A stretch of 63,475 nt of DNA, counting the filler. It is 19 parts of 19 records of this genome, joined end to end, with 100 filler letters (N's around TTAATTAATTAA, not from the genome) between each part and the next. Parts side by side here need not be neighbours in the genome. Positions count along the whole stretch, not along the records: positions 22,531 to 25,087 come from SRR16133337_4719; positions 25,188 to 27,791 come from SRR16133337_5065; positions 27,892 to 30,494 come from SRR16133337_5190; positions 30,595 to 33,304 come from SRR16133337_5522; positions 33,405 to 36,388 come from SRR16133337_5628; positions 36,489 to 38,636 come from SRR16133337_5686; 13 more parts are not named here. One strand, written 5' to 3'. The translations under genes and the position numbers were made by a program. Below are positions 24,290 through 36,644 of this stretch, piece by piece. Positions within the stretch are counted from its first letter, which is position 1, and each line of letters starts with the position of its first letter. The notes under the pieces were generated by a model. That model did not search any database and was not told where the DNA came from. It saw only the letters and a list, made by a program, of their open reading frames with translations.

Positions 24290-25033
24290 ATGGAAGCATT
24301 AAAATTTGAAAACCTGCCAAGCGCAGTCGCTGAACTTCAAAAAGGACAAAGTGAATTAAAAGCCTTATTACTTCAAAAGGCAGAACCTCAACCTGAAATT
24401 GAGACACCTATACAACTTGATGAGGTTGTACCAATAACTGGTTTAACTAAACCTACCCTTTACGGTTATGTACAACATAACGAAATACCTTATCACAAAA
24501 AAGAGAATCGCTTATACTTTTTCAAATCTGAAATTATAGAATGGATTAAAACAGGAAAACAGAAAACTTTAAAAGAGCTACAATCTGAAGCTGATACTTA
24601 TTTGTTTAACAAAACACCACAGCAAAGCTCTTTATTTAAAAGAAAAGACAAATATACCCATAAATTAGAGCAACTAAAAACCTACGTTCAACACTCTAAA
24701 TATATTGATAAAATAGAACAGCCAAAGGTATGTAAAGGTTTTGGACTGCCTTACATTGTATCGGTTTTTAGAGAGGAATATCGACAAAGATTCTATGATT
24801 GTCTATATGATATGCCCACAACAGTTGCAACAGTTTCTAAAGCAACTGGAATACCCGAAAAATATTTATGTCAGGTAAAAGCTTCATTAGAGAATAAAGG
24901 TTTATTAAAAGTACTTTATACTGATAGATGTCCTACCACTGGGAGCATAGGAGTAAATTTTCTTTCAACAAATCCTGATGTTTGGGAAGATGAAAGTATT
25001 ATTCCTCAGGATAATCAAATAAGCCTTTTTTAG
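24290..25033 (+). CDS. Excisionase-like HTH_17 protein with a second, wHTH-like C-terminal domain
   Basis: LDEVVPITGLTKPTLYGYVQHNEIPYHKKENRLYFFKSEIIEWIK (AlpA/Xis-type HTH), then TTVATVSKATGIPEKYLCQVKASLENKGLL...RCPTTG. Confidence 0.75.
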   Translation: MEALKFENLPSAVAELQKGQSELKALLLQKAEPQPEIETPIQLDEVVPITGLTKPTLYGYVQHNEIPYHKKENRLYFFKSEIIEWIKTGKQKTLKELQSEADTYLFNKTPQQSSLFKRKDKYTHKLEQLKTYVQHSKYIDKIEQPKVCKGFGLPYIVSVFREEYRQRFYDCLYDMPTTVATVSKATGIPEKYLCQVKASLENKGLLKVLYTDRCPTTGSIGVNFLSTNPDVWEDESIIPQDNQISLF

Positions 25034-25058
25034 TTATGATTGAAAACACAGCCATAGG

Positions 25059-25087
25059 TATACTCCGCCCAGTTAGAAACCCGAATT
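25059..25087 (+). repeat. 29-bp putative IS/MITE terminus at contig end
   Basis: TATACTCCGCCCAGTTAGAAACCCGAATT, 28/29 identical to the reverse complement of 38737-38765. Confidence 0.85.
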
Positions 25088-25266
25088 NNNNNNNNNNNNN
25101 NNNNNNNNNNNNNNNNNNNNNNNNNNNNNNNTTAATTAATTAANNNNNNNNNNNNNNNNNNNNNNNNNNNNNNNNNNNNNNNNNNNNTTGCACAATTTTG
25201 AGCTGCTTCAAACAGGGAAAAACTGACACTTTTAGTCGCCACCCAATCGAAATTTCCATTTTTACG

Positions 25267-27700
25267 TCAGCAAATTCTGGCAACGTCAACCGTTACCGTG
25301 TGCAATACATAACACGAGCAATCAAAACAAATAAACAAAACAAACAATGGCAAGCACTGAAAATCTTGTGAAATCACACACCTCTGAGATCGCTGCATGC
25401 GAGTTCTTATAACATCTCTAATCCACAAGTACAACAGAACAGGAGAAAACCACACTTTTTGCACATCATCATCAAGCGAACACAAGATGTATCCGTTACT
25501 CGCGTAAAAGTCATATGAATGCTTAGAATTTGGAGGATTTAATCTCACAGAGACTTCCTCACCCCGAAGAATCACCTCAACTGCTGCTCCAGTGAAGATA
25601 TCAATCATGCTGCCCTTGCGGAGCCAATCACTGATTTCGTCTAGGAGATACTAATCAACAAAGACAATTTCGGATTGGCCTTAATATTCAAAAAAGACGT
25701 TTTGATTTTGAGTTTTGTCCCCCAAAGGAAAAGAGCATTTCTTTGTTACCACACAAGACTTCAACTTTTCTCAAGACAGAAATATGCTACTTCGGTGAAC
25801 TCACTAAGGTTTTTGGTTACGGACTTCTTTGAAGGCAATGAACACAATGCACCACCAAAACACAAAATTTTCCCATGTGTTTCAAATACTTCCACTGTGT
25901 CTTACATTTGGGTAAGAACCACCAACAACACCCCATTTTTGGTTAAAAAGTCGTTTTGAGGGATGGGGCTTCTTACCCTGTATTCCCCTGTATGACACGT
26001 AAAAGTTGTACTTTGCTTGTGTTTGACGTCCAAAATTTTTCCAGTCTTCCTGGGTTTTCAACACCTTGCTCCAGCAAAAAAAAAACAAAAACAGAAAACG
26101 AAGGGTGCATGCTAAAACGAAAAATCTCAAAATTGTGGGCCAACAAAAGTGAAACATTGTTCACATCACCAAAACTCATCATATCAAAATAGAACTTGCC
26201 TCTGTCAAGGAAGACACTCCAGCATATGGATAAGAAATGTAGAGTGTGTACAAAAGCTGCAGCGACCGAGGGTGTCCACCACAAAAATGAGCAACACGTT
26301 CTGCATCAACAGAAGCGAGTGGAGAACAGAGGACATCTGGGACATCAATTGGCAAGAGCCTGATCCACACTACGGGGCGATTCGATGTTATGGTTGCATC
26401 ATCATCAGAAATATCAAAAACCTTTCGTCTAAGGTAGGAGACACACTAAGATTAACATTTTTTTGTTTACCCTCGAAAGCCTTCAGCTGTAAGAGTTAGG
26501 CTCCCTGAAGAAATTTCACGTGTTGCGCTCACAAATTTAGAATGCGAAGATGATATTTGTTTGAAACTTTCGGACTTTAACTTAAATGTCCGATTACTAT
26601 TTGAAGATCATCTTGAAAAAACAGAATCCATTTTTTCATATGTACTTCCCGGTGGCAAAATACTCAATCCAAGACACACAAAAGAAAAAGATGTCACGCA
26701 CTTTTGTGAGAAACGTGTGGCTGTGCGAAACACAATTTTTTATAACTTCTGCACAAAAAAATTAATGGCTCGGGAATTTACGACAATGATTTCACTTCAA
26801 AAACCTCCCGAATTGTGCATGTGGCGCTGTCACGTTTTCTCGAACAACGGAAATTCAAAAAGCTGCTCTTAGCTTTCACTTTTCACCTTTTGTAAACACA
26901 ACACCAACTTAATAAACGCAAAATCTGTCAAGACGGGCTTCATCTTGGGTAGTGGAAAACATGGTGGATTTGTAAAATTCATTTTTTTTTCGTGGAAAAT
27001 AGAGAAAAACCCTGTTTTTTGCACTTTTTTCACTTCAACAGCAACAAAGTCCGGAAAAAAACCCTCAAAAACTTGAAAATCTTTTTTGTGGAAATTCAAA
27101 GCAAATACAATACAGACACAAAAAATGAAAAAAATCTACCGCGCTGTTTCCGAGAAAAGTTGGTGCGAAGAAAACTTCAGACTTTGCGAAAATTCAATGT
27201 TTCGTGCGAAGATTTTAGTTTCACTTTTTGAAAAAAATATTTTTCGAATGAACTGCACGTAGTGCCCTTCCCATGTAATTTTTTAGTCCAAGCATCAGAA
27301 TTTGACGAAGGTACACCAGTATCAAGTTTTTTGAAACTCTTAGGGTGTCTCCTACCTTAAGCTAGTCACAAAGAGAAACAAATCGGGTTGCTCTGTTTTG
27401 GCATCAAGCATCTTAGTGAGAGGTTTCAGAAGCTTTGATGTAGCACCTTCAGCAGCTGCGAATTCATCAATAAGCAAGACCACTTTTTCCTTTTTTTCAT
27501 TGATCAAATATCGTAAAACGTGTTCCAAAACACCTCTAAATCCAGAAAAAGCATTTTGAAGCGCTGCTGTCACATTGTTGAAACTCTCTTCGGAAACTTG
27601 TCTAAAACCAAAGAACAAAACATGCCAGTCAGACACCCTTCTACATGCGAAAAGTTCTATTCGGCTTGTTTACTTTAACCTTACGAGATTGGCCTGGTTC
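25267..27700 (-). pseudogene. Degenerate eukaryotic P-loop NTPase (STAND/Crinkler-associated type)
   Basis: Collinear same-strand fragments: Walker B VVLLIDE, then LFLFVTSL, then the GxP motif FCGGHPRSLQLL. In-frame stops lie between them. Walker A not seen. Confidence 0.45.
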
Positions 27701-27891
27701 CACAACAGCAGTGTATTTTGGAGAACTGTGTGGTAACAGAAAAATCAGTTTTTGATTGTTTATGAATAGTAAAAAAAAAATACATTTAGGCNNNNNNNNN
27801 NNNNNNNNNNNNNNNNNNNNNNNNNNNNNNNNNNNTTAATTAATTAANNNNNNNNNNNNNNNNNNNNNNNNNNNNNNNNNNNNNNNNNNNN

Positions 27892-30354
27892 AGAGCACAT
27901 GACTGGCACAGGGTCCCCAGGGGACTGAAGAGCAATAGGGGGAAGAGGGGCAGCCTGAGCCTGGGCCATAGCCTGAGCCTGCTCAGCTCCCCTAGCAGGG
28001 GGCAAGCCACTAGAAGATGATGAATCATTTGAAGGGCTAACCTTATAACAACTGGATGATGGTGGATTATCTGGAACCTTGTTAGCCTTATCCTTGCTCT
28101 GGTCAGATTTGGCTTTATCAGGACGGAGTGCATTCATCTTCTTAAGCACATCATCACTTTTGTCAAAGCATGCTATACTATAATCAACCTCAATTCCACT
28201 TCTATTTCTCATATGGCCAAGAAAGGTGATTAAACGGCCAACAGTAGCCCTAAGGGACTGATCCAAATCAGGATCCCAAGTCATCTGATCAATGAGCCGA
28301 GTTTTGTACAGAAGACGATCTTCAGCAGTCATGAAAGAAACAATAGTGTCAAACATGGAACTTGTAAAGAAAGAGTCAAGGATATTGTGGGTTTTAGCAA
28401 GATCATGGAGAGCCACCACACGGTTGTGAATGGAGATAAACCAAGTGCGTCGATCTAGGGGATTAGAGGGGCATTTTCCCTGCTGGATTATCTCTTTTTC
28501 CTTGTGTGCAAAGAGCACCCTGGATTTACCATACAGGTCACGAAGAAGAGCAATAGCCTCATCAAAGTTCTTACAGGTTGAAACTGCACTGCGTGCTTGA
28601 CCTGTAAGACAGTCTGATTTCAATCTTTGAAATTTGTCTAGGATTGAATAAATTCTCATGGAGCTAGTGTACTCCTGAAACAGCTCCATGAATGAGAAGA
28701 AGTCAATTTCAGAGGAGAAATCACCAGAAAACTTTGGGGGCTTGGTTGACCCAAATGCTGGACGGTGAAACCCAGAAAGGGGAACACCTAACTCAATTTT
28801 GGCTTGGTGTACAACACCAATAGCAACACGCTGACAGTCACTGAGATTATCAATGGCTTCATTAAGCCTCTCAGCCTGGTCCCGAAGACCGCTTGTAGTA
28901 GCAGCTTTGGCTAATTCTCTTAGCTCTGGCAAGAGCTCATCTTTCTGAAGCTTAGCAGACTCACACCTGGCCTGGAGGGAATCAAGTTCCAGGTGTGAAG
29001 AGGGAGAGATCAAACTAAGGGAACTTAAATCATCACAGATTTTTCTGGCAGCATTGGTAGCTGTATCTGTTCGACCCTGAACACGGCTTGACCTAATAGA
29101 GTCTGACACAGAATGATGATTTGACATTTCACCTTCAGATTCAACCCTGGACCTAGGCCTTTCTATCCCTACTCTCTGCCAGTTGTGTTCAAATTCAAAG
29201 CTTTTTGCAATCAGCTCAATATATGACTTTTTAAGGTCTGCTACAGCCTGAAGGGACCCAACCTTAGCTAAAATGCTAACATCACTGCCACGTACTGTAT
29301 GATAACATTGAGCCAAGTTATCTTTGTGAGTAAGAAAAACTGAACGGAGACGGGCAAGTTCAGAAGGTGGGAGATAATCAAATAACATATTTTCATATTC
29401 ATCCCTGAAATCATCATTGCCTCGCAAATATGAGTTAATAGCAGTAGCAATTTCCTCTTCGGTAGGAGCCATGGCTAAAGAGATGGCAGAGGTAATTGGA
29501 ATTGGAGAGAATAGTGGCCGTCCGCCAAGAAATGACAAGTTGACAACAGGAGAAATCTTTCCTAAACCTACACTTGGCTGTGGAGAGGTTGAGCAACTAC
29601 CTGAGTTACTGCTGGAAGAAGGGAGGCTAAGATCAACGTCAGAATCTGTATTATGGGAAGAAGAATTACCAAGGGAATGAAATTCATCAAGAGTATTGTT
29701 ACCAGAAGAAAACAATGGAGAGTCAAAGGCAACACCAGCTGGGCTTACCAATATATTTGGGATAAGCTGCAGGTTACCAGCTGCTGGTGGCAGGTCTAAC
29801 AATACAGAAGGCTCAATATCTATCTCGGAAGAACCTGAAAATATATCATCAGGATCAATGAAATTACCACCATGTGAAGGGAGGGGCTCATGAGTTATAA
29901 GGACATCAACCTCAAGCCCCTCAACCCTGTTGGCTTCAATCAGGTCGTCCCTGGTAACGCTTAACAAAGGCTTGCCTTGGCTGCCCGCGTCATGGGGGCT
30001 AGTGTCATCTGTGACACCAAGGGCAAGGTTATACGGCGCAACTTCAAGCTCAAGGTCTTGTAAAGGGTCATGTAGACCCACCAGCAAGTCAGGGGAGTCT
30101 ATATCGCTGTATGAACCAGGTTCATAAAGAAATTCTGGGGAATTACAGGAACGTGTTTTCGGACGCAACCCTTTTGCCACGCACAAGCTTTTAGCACTAA
30201 TTGGAATGAGTTTTTTAGATACGGGGCTTACCCTATATCCCACAATGCGCGACATTGGGGAGGGTGGTTTAATTAAAGTTTTACGACCCATGTGTGCCCA
30301 TAAAATGAATGAACTGTGGAAATTAGAATTAAATTTTCCTACCTTTGGGCACAC
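27892..30354 (-). mobile_element. LTR-retrotransposon gag-like ORF (BEL/Pao, DUF1759-like), 3'-truncated
   Basis: PPKFSGDF..DFFSFMELF..KFQRLKSDCLTGQARSAV..FDEAIALLRDLYG capsid-like signature, long Ser-rich N-extension, Cys at the break. Visibly more GC-rich than the other eukaryotic contigs. pol and LTRs not in window. Confidence 0.7.
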
Positions 30355-31487
30355 TTGGGGGTCAGGGCTATCTCATTGTAAACTTAAAGTCTGAAAGATT
30401 TAACACCAACTTATTATCCATTATGATATATACACATAGTTACTTAATATCACTAATTATTATTTGATCACTTGGCCCGATTTATTAAGTAATTNNNNNN
30501 NNNNNNNNNNNNNNNNNNNNNNNNNNNNNNNNNNNNNNTTAATTAATTAANNNNNNNNNNNNNNNNNNNNNNNNNNNNNNNNNNNNNNNNNNNNATGAAA
30601 ACGCTCTTTCTTGTACTGTTCCACCCACCCTTCCCACACACCTACCACACAAAACACACCACCTCCTCTTACACACCCTTTTTTTGACAAGTTTAATGGA
30701 TTAATCGCTTTTTAATGTCATTCCTGGCAAAAATGTACCGCCCAAATAAATTGGCGCTTTGGTGCTCATATAAAGCCTTTTGTATTGGTGGATAAATTTT
30801 CCAAAATATACAGTTGCATTTTCACTACTAAAAAATTCAATTTTCATTGGGCACGTGAAACAAACTGTAAACGAAACCACAATTCTGGACACATTTGTGC
30901 GTGCAAAACAGCTAAAATTTTCTCATATGCAAAAGCTTGAAGCAAAAATGAGTTTTTATACTGTGGTGCTTTATAAGACGTAAGAAGATTGCAGCTAATT
31001 GTGGTTTTAGTTTTTTTACATCCTTTTCAAAACAGATTGCTCAACAAGGACATGTTTTTTCTACTGTTTTTTTGTTTGGGTGCACGTGTTGTATGACATT
31101 GATAAGAATCATTTCTTAATTCTTTCTTCCTTGCAAACATTTTTGAAAACACGTTTTATCGGTTTGAGCTACAACGGAACAGCACAAAAAAACAGTAAAA
31201 CTATTGGGTCCACAACGTCACATTTCCATCTTGATTGTAAAATACGCTACTCTTTATTTTCCCAAACTCTTTTTTCTTGCTCAAACATCAGATAATTGGC
31301 GCCTTACACAGTATTTATTCCATTATATAGATTTTTTTAAGGTGGTATAAACACGGGTAGTGTATGGTTTTGCTGCGATTTAAAACTTGGTATTTTGAGC
31401 ATAGATTTAGCCTCGTTTTGTAAATGTACAGAAATGCGTGGTTTTATTGTTGTTGAGAATAACTCGATTACTCCTTGTGAATTTCAG

Positions 31488-33055
31488 ATTAATTTAAATC
31501 GTATGAATCATGCAAAATACGACCTTGCAGCCCAAGAGGATGATCAGCGTATAAAATTGAAACAAGTTCTTGCAGTCATTTCGGATTCTGAAATGGATGG
31601 GGATGACGAAGAAGATAGCGAATCTGATGATAGTATGTACTTTTTGTGAAATTTCACGAATGTTTGCATTTTGTTCATTTTTTTTTCGATTTTGGTTTTT
31701 ACGTAATTAATTCTGAAAAGGGAAATTTGGAAATGATGAGTGCACTTAATTCTCCGCATTCGGAAACAGATGTTACATGCGCCATTTTTGAACCATTTTT
31801 GAAAAACAAAATTGTGGTTTTGAAAAGACAACATTTTGACAAATACAAAATATTTCAGTGCAAACTCTTCCAACATCCCGAAATGGACCTTTAAATGTTC
31901 GATCATAGAATGGTACACGAAAAAATAAGAGATTGTTCAAGTATTTTTATGAAGCAAGGTTTGTCATTAATTATCGACCACCAACAAGAGAACAGTATTC
32001 GACTTCAAAAATGTCCCATATGTATAACCTATCAAAATTGCCAAATATTTATTAAAAATGCGTATTATGTGTTGCAGGAAAAACAAAACAACACTTTCAA
32101 AATCCCAGGTAAATCCTGCTAAAACAAACATGCCATGAATGAACGAATTCGAATTATGTCAGTGTAGCGAGAAATTTTGTTCCAAAGCATTTCGAAAGGC
32201 ACTTATGCGAGTGTTTATGAATCAAATTTCGCATTCTATGCACTTCGATAAGAATCTCGCTCGTTGAAGCAATTTTTTTCAGCACATTTGTAATTGTGCC
32301 CCGATAAGTAAGCTTTTTCAAGTACAATTTAAAATGCTTGGGTGTGGAGGTTGTGGAAGAGCGTGGCGAACTTCCTGATATATACTGATGCTCGTTCCTT
32401 GAGTCCGGATATGAAGCTGAAGTAACCTACTAATACAATTACTTATACGGCAATCTACGTTTATGGAGTGTTGGTTGGGAGGGAGTGTGGTGGGCTGGTT
32501 TGAGTAGATGACATTTATATCTTGTTTCTGCCGAGAAAATCCAGATAATTGCCAATGCAATAGATGTTTGTTGTGGCGTGTTGTACAAATTGTAAGTGAT
32601 TCGCTTTTACATGTCCTTTCCCCAAAGTTATATCAAAAAGAATAGGAATTTTGTTCCAAAATCAGGGTAATCACTTGGATGTATTAATTACATCAACTTA
32701 ATTTAATGGACATATTATTAGTAATGAACAGAAAAGTAAAAACAAACAAATATTTTCTGTTGCTGAAATTCACTCATGCAAACATGTAAAACATGATCCA
32801 GATATTAATGCAGTCTTTCAAAAGTGTTTTCCTGCACAAACGCGGTGATAATTCGGTTATTGTTAAATAGGACGCCTGCTGAAATCATGTTTTGATGTAT
32901 TAATTTTCATTTTAGGTTCGATTCCAACTCCTTCTAGTGGAACATCTTTGGAGGGAAATCAGAAAGATGAAAGCAAGGAAGAGGATGTGGGTAAGAAGTA
33001 TGTTCTGCCACGTTTTCTCAACAGGAATGTTGAAGCTGGACGCAAAGTGAGACAC
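31488..33055 (+). CDS. Two phase-compatible exons (31488-31632, 32916-33055) of an unknown eukaryotic protein
   Basis: cag|INLNRMNHAKYDLAAQEDD...DDEEDSESDD a|gtatgt ... ttttag|gt SIPTPSSGTSLEG...RKVRH|gtaag. Confidence 0.5.
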
Positions 33056-33466
33056 GTAAGTTCATACCGACAGACAGAGCCTTTTTCCCTTAGCTTATAT
33101 TGGTCAAACAGACATGTTCCCACCACCCTCACTCCCACCACACACCCTTAATTATTAAGTGTTTTCAGTGGATAAAAAAAAGATCCATATACTACTCCCT
33201 TTGTATTTATTAACAGTATAAATTTTGAAAACTTTAGTATATAATATTTATGACTATCTGAAATTTTTGAACAAAACTTCCACGCTGTGAAAAATAATAC
33301 CGAANNNNNNNNNNNNNNNNNNNNNNNNNNNNNNNNNNNNNNNNNNNNTTAATTAATTAANNNNNNNNNNNNNNNNNNNNNNNNNNNNNNNNNNNNNNNN
33401 NNNNTTTGAAAATGGAAAATTTAGACTCTTGAAGTGGAGGGTGTGGGAGGTGGATTATTCATTGAC

Positions 33467-35377
33467 ATGCGCTGTATTTGTGATCTGCCGAGGTCGCTCA
33501 ACTTCAACTCCCTTCCGCAAATGCAGCTATCTCCTAGCCCGACCAGCCCGCTCACTTCCCCTCTGTAAGCTAGATTTTGGAGTTGAATTTCAATTTCCTT
33601 AACATTTGTGGGAGCGTGACAAACACTTACGGACGGATACACTTCCATAAAGCTTATATTATTGTAGGTTTGTGTATGTAACAAAACTGTGCTTGTTTTA
33701 CAGGCCCTACATACACCCACAAACAATCAGATCACAAGTGGAATGTGACCATGCAGCAAATGCGAGATGTCTTCAATGTTCTGGGCGCCAACTTGTTACA
33801 ATAAATGGCAGTGATCGCGCATGTATGTTGTTTAAATCAGTCTTCTTGGACTCCAGTTTGAAGGACTCAAAGGATTTATCTAAAGCTGAAAAATCCAAAC
33901 TTGTACTTTCTGGTGCTGACAAAAGATCTCTTATTTATGGAGAGGTTTGTTTTTGGAGTTTTGCAAGAATACTCGAGTTGGTGGAACCACAACCTGGCGA
34001 AATGTAAGTTTGATTACAAACACGTATTAACATTTTTTAATTTCACTAATTCATGTTACAATCGCGAATAGTCGTGCCACGCACATTTGTTGAGAAGATA
34101 CTAATAAATGCTCAAAATAAGACCAAATGTAAGAAGTTGATTTTTTAACAGAATTGATACGTAATTTTTTTATACATCGAATTTTCCTTATGTAGCTTGC
34201 TCATCAAAATACCTGATGGGGGTGTGAAAAAAAATTAATTTACACTTTTCACGTCTTAGGTGGGAGGAAGTTCCCACCGTATGATACATTGAATTTTCAT
34301 TTTCGGTGGTAAATCTAACACAAATTAAAGAACTGATAAATATATGCTGTTGTATGTATGAAAGAGTGTGAAGAATAATGTGAAATCAATTTCATTTTTT
34401 CATTAACATATATCGCGTTCTTATTCATATTTCAGGTATTGATTATACGTGCAAAAGAGTGGAGGGAGTCAAGCATTTCGTTTTCACACGTTACTTATGT
34501 AGAGCGGGGGAGAAAGGTGAATGGTGGTGTGGGTGTGAGGTGAAGATTTTTTTTGCACCTAAAAAAGATAGAGAAGCTCTTTGAGTTGATGAACAACATA
34601 AGTTTTTTTTAATAAATCGGTGTTTTATCACAAATTTTGCTCCTTCCGACTTTTTGTGTTTAAAACGCCAATGTGAATATCATTTCGGAGAAAAATTTCC
34701 ATCGAAATTTAAGTGTTGGTGTTGATGTAGTTTTCTATAGTACTAAATCTCTAAAAGAAGGTAGATATGTGGTGAGTTATTACAAACCATCTTTTTCCAC
34801 ACTATACATGCTCCCTTAGTTTTGACTTCAAATAGCTGGGGGTGATGTAGTGGTTGGATTTGAATATTAAAGTTAACAAAGACTATGTACGAAATTTTAA
34901 TGCGAAACCAATACATTGTTTCTAGTGGAAAAAACAATTTACGTAATGACTAGATTCTGCGACTTGGGCTCGGGCATCGGAAAAGCAGTTTTCATTGCAG
35001 CAATGCTATTTGAATGGAGATTGTGTGCTGGAATTGAAATAATGCATTCTCTAAACGACGTCGCACTGAAACAACTCTCAAAGCTCCAAACTGAAGGAAA
35101 ATGTACCAAATCAGATGTGCAATTTTTTGAAGCAGATTTCCTTGGAAGTGGGTATGCGTGGAATTCGTTAAGTGATGTACTTTTCATTGCATCGACAAGT
35201 TTCAGTGATGAATTAATGAAACGAATTGCTTTAATGGCGGAAACAATGAAGGTTGGTAGTAGAGTTATAACATTTTCACGACACTTACCATCAAAACATT
35301 TTGAAATCTATCATGAGCAGCAGTACAAAATGAGTTGGGGGAATGTTACTGTGTACATTCAAAGAAAAATTGAGTAA
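33467..35377 (+). CDS. DOT1-like class I SAM methyltransferase, exons 33467-33564 (tentative), 33704-34003, 34954-35377
   Basis: LIYGEV...LVEPQPGE|IFCDLGSGIGKAVF, CAGIEI, ADFL, VLFIASTSF, GSRVIT, MSWG. Phase-2 GT-AG junctions join cleanly. Confidence 0.8.
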
Positions 35378-36644
35378 ATAATATTTTACTAATCACACCT
35401 TATATTGAATACTTTTTTTCCCGTTTTTTTGCAGGAACAATTGACAAAAGGAAATATGTTTCCATTTTGAAAATAGTGGCAACCGCTCTTTCAAAAAAGC
35501 TGTACCTGCGTTCGGAAGTTGGATCGATGTAACACCTTCGTTGTTCAAAATAGCGTGCACTACGTTTCAACAAATTTAATTCCAAGATATGGTGTACAAA
35601 CTAAATTTAATACTTGCTTATTTCAAAAATCTGTGTATTTGCTAGCAAACCCATGAATTTGTAACTCAATTATTGCATGTTGGCATTTCTTTTTTCACAA
35701 AAAAAAAGAAGCAAATTCATGAAAAATGCAAATCCATCCAATGTACAGTAGCTCTGGTTTAAAACTCACATATTTGGGTTCACTTCGCGATCGGACTCCA
35801 TTTTTGCCAAGACATTTGAAAGATTCACCTCACAATTTACGACATTGACAAAAACATGAAAAACGCAAAACCACACGATTGGATTTAATTTGTTTGGATG
35901 CTAAACTTTCTATAGTTTTGCAGAATGTTTCACCGACTTCGTTTATTGCTACAATTTGCCAAATACAAGCAATTTTACAAATCCGTGCGAATTTGCTAGC
36001 AAATTCATGTAGCAGACACATACGACTTTTACCGGTGTGTACATATGTCAAGAAACCATACGATTTGTCATCAAATTTTATTTTCACAAAATTAATAACT
36101 GCAATTAGTTAATAGCGCGATTCGATCCTTGATCACTTCCAATTCAGAGTCGTATCCCAATAGCATTCGCCACGACCGTTGTTCATTCGAGCGAAAAATC
36201 ATTTATTTGCATGGCAATTAATTTGTCGTGTGTAATTATATAACGCCAAAGCTTTAAATGTGTTTGTTTTATTTTCCCCTTGAAAAAAACATATGGGTGA
36301 TGTTTGAATAATGTTTTCGAAAGACTCGCGATATCAAAATCGTTTTTTATTAAGCTGTGTGGCTTTTAAAATATTGTTGTTTTCATTTNNNNNNNNNNNN
36401 NNNNNNNNNNNNNNNNNNNNNNNNNNNNNNNNTTAATTAATTAANNNNNNNNNNNNNNNNNNNNNNNNNNNNNNNNNNNNNNNNNNNNCCCGACACCAAA
36501 AAAAAAAATCAAATATTTGTCAGATTATACAAATTATGTTTGTGTACCATTTTTGTAGCAAATTGAACTAACAAATCGAGGAAGGGTATTACATTGCTTT
36601 ATTGCATGTCAGCTTTCAATATTTTATTTTTTTGTGTGCTTTAG

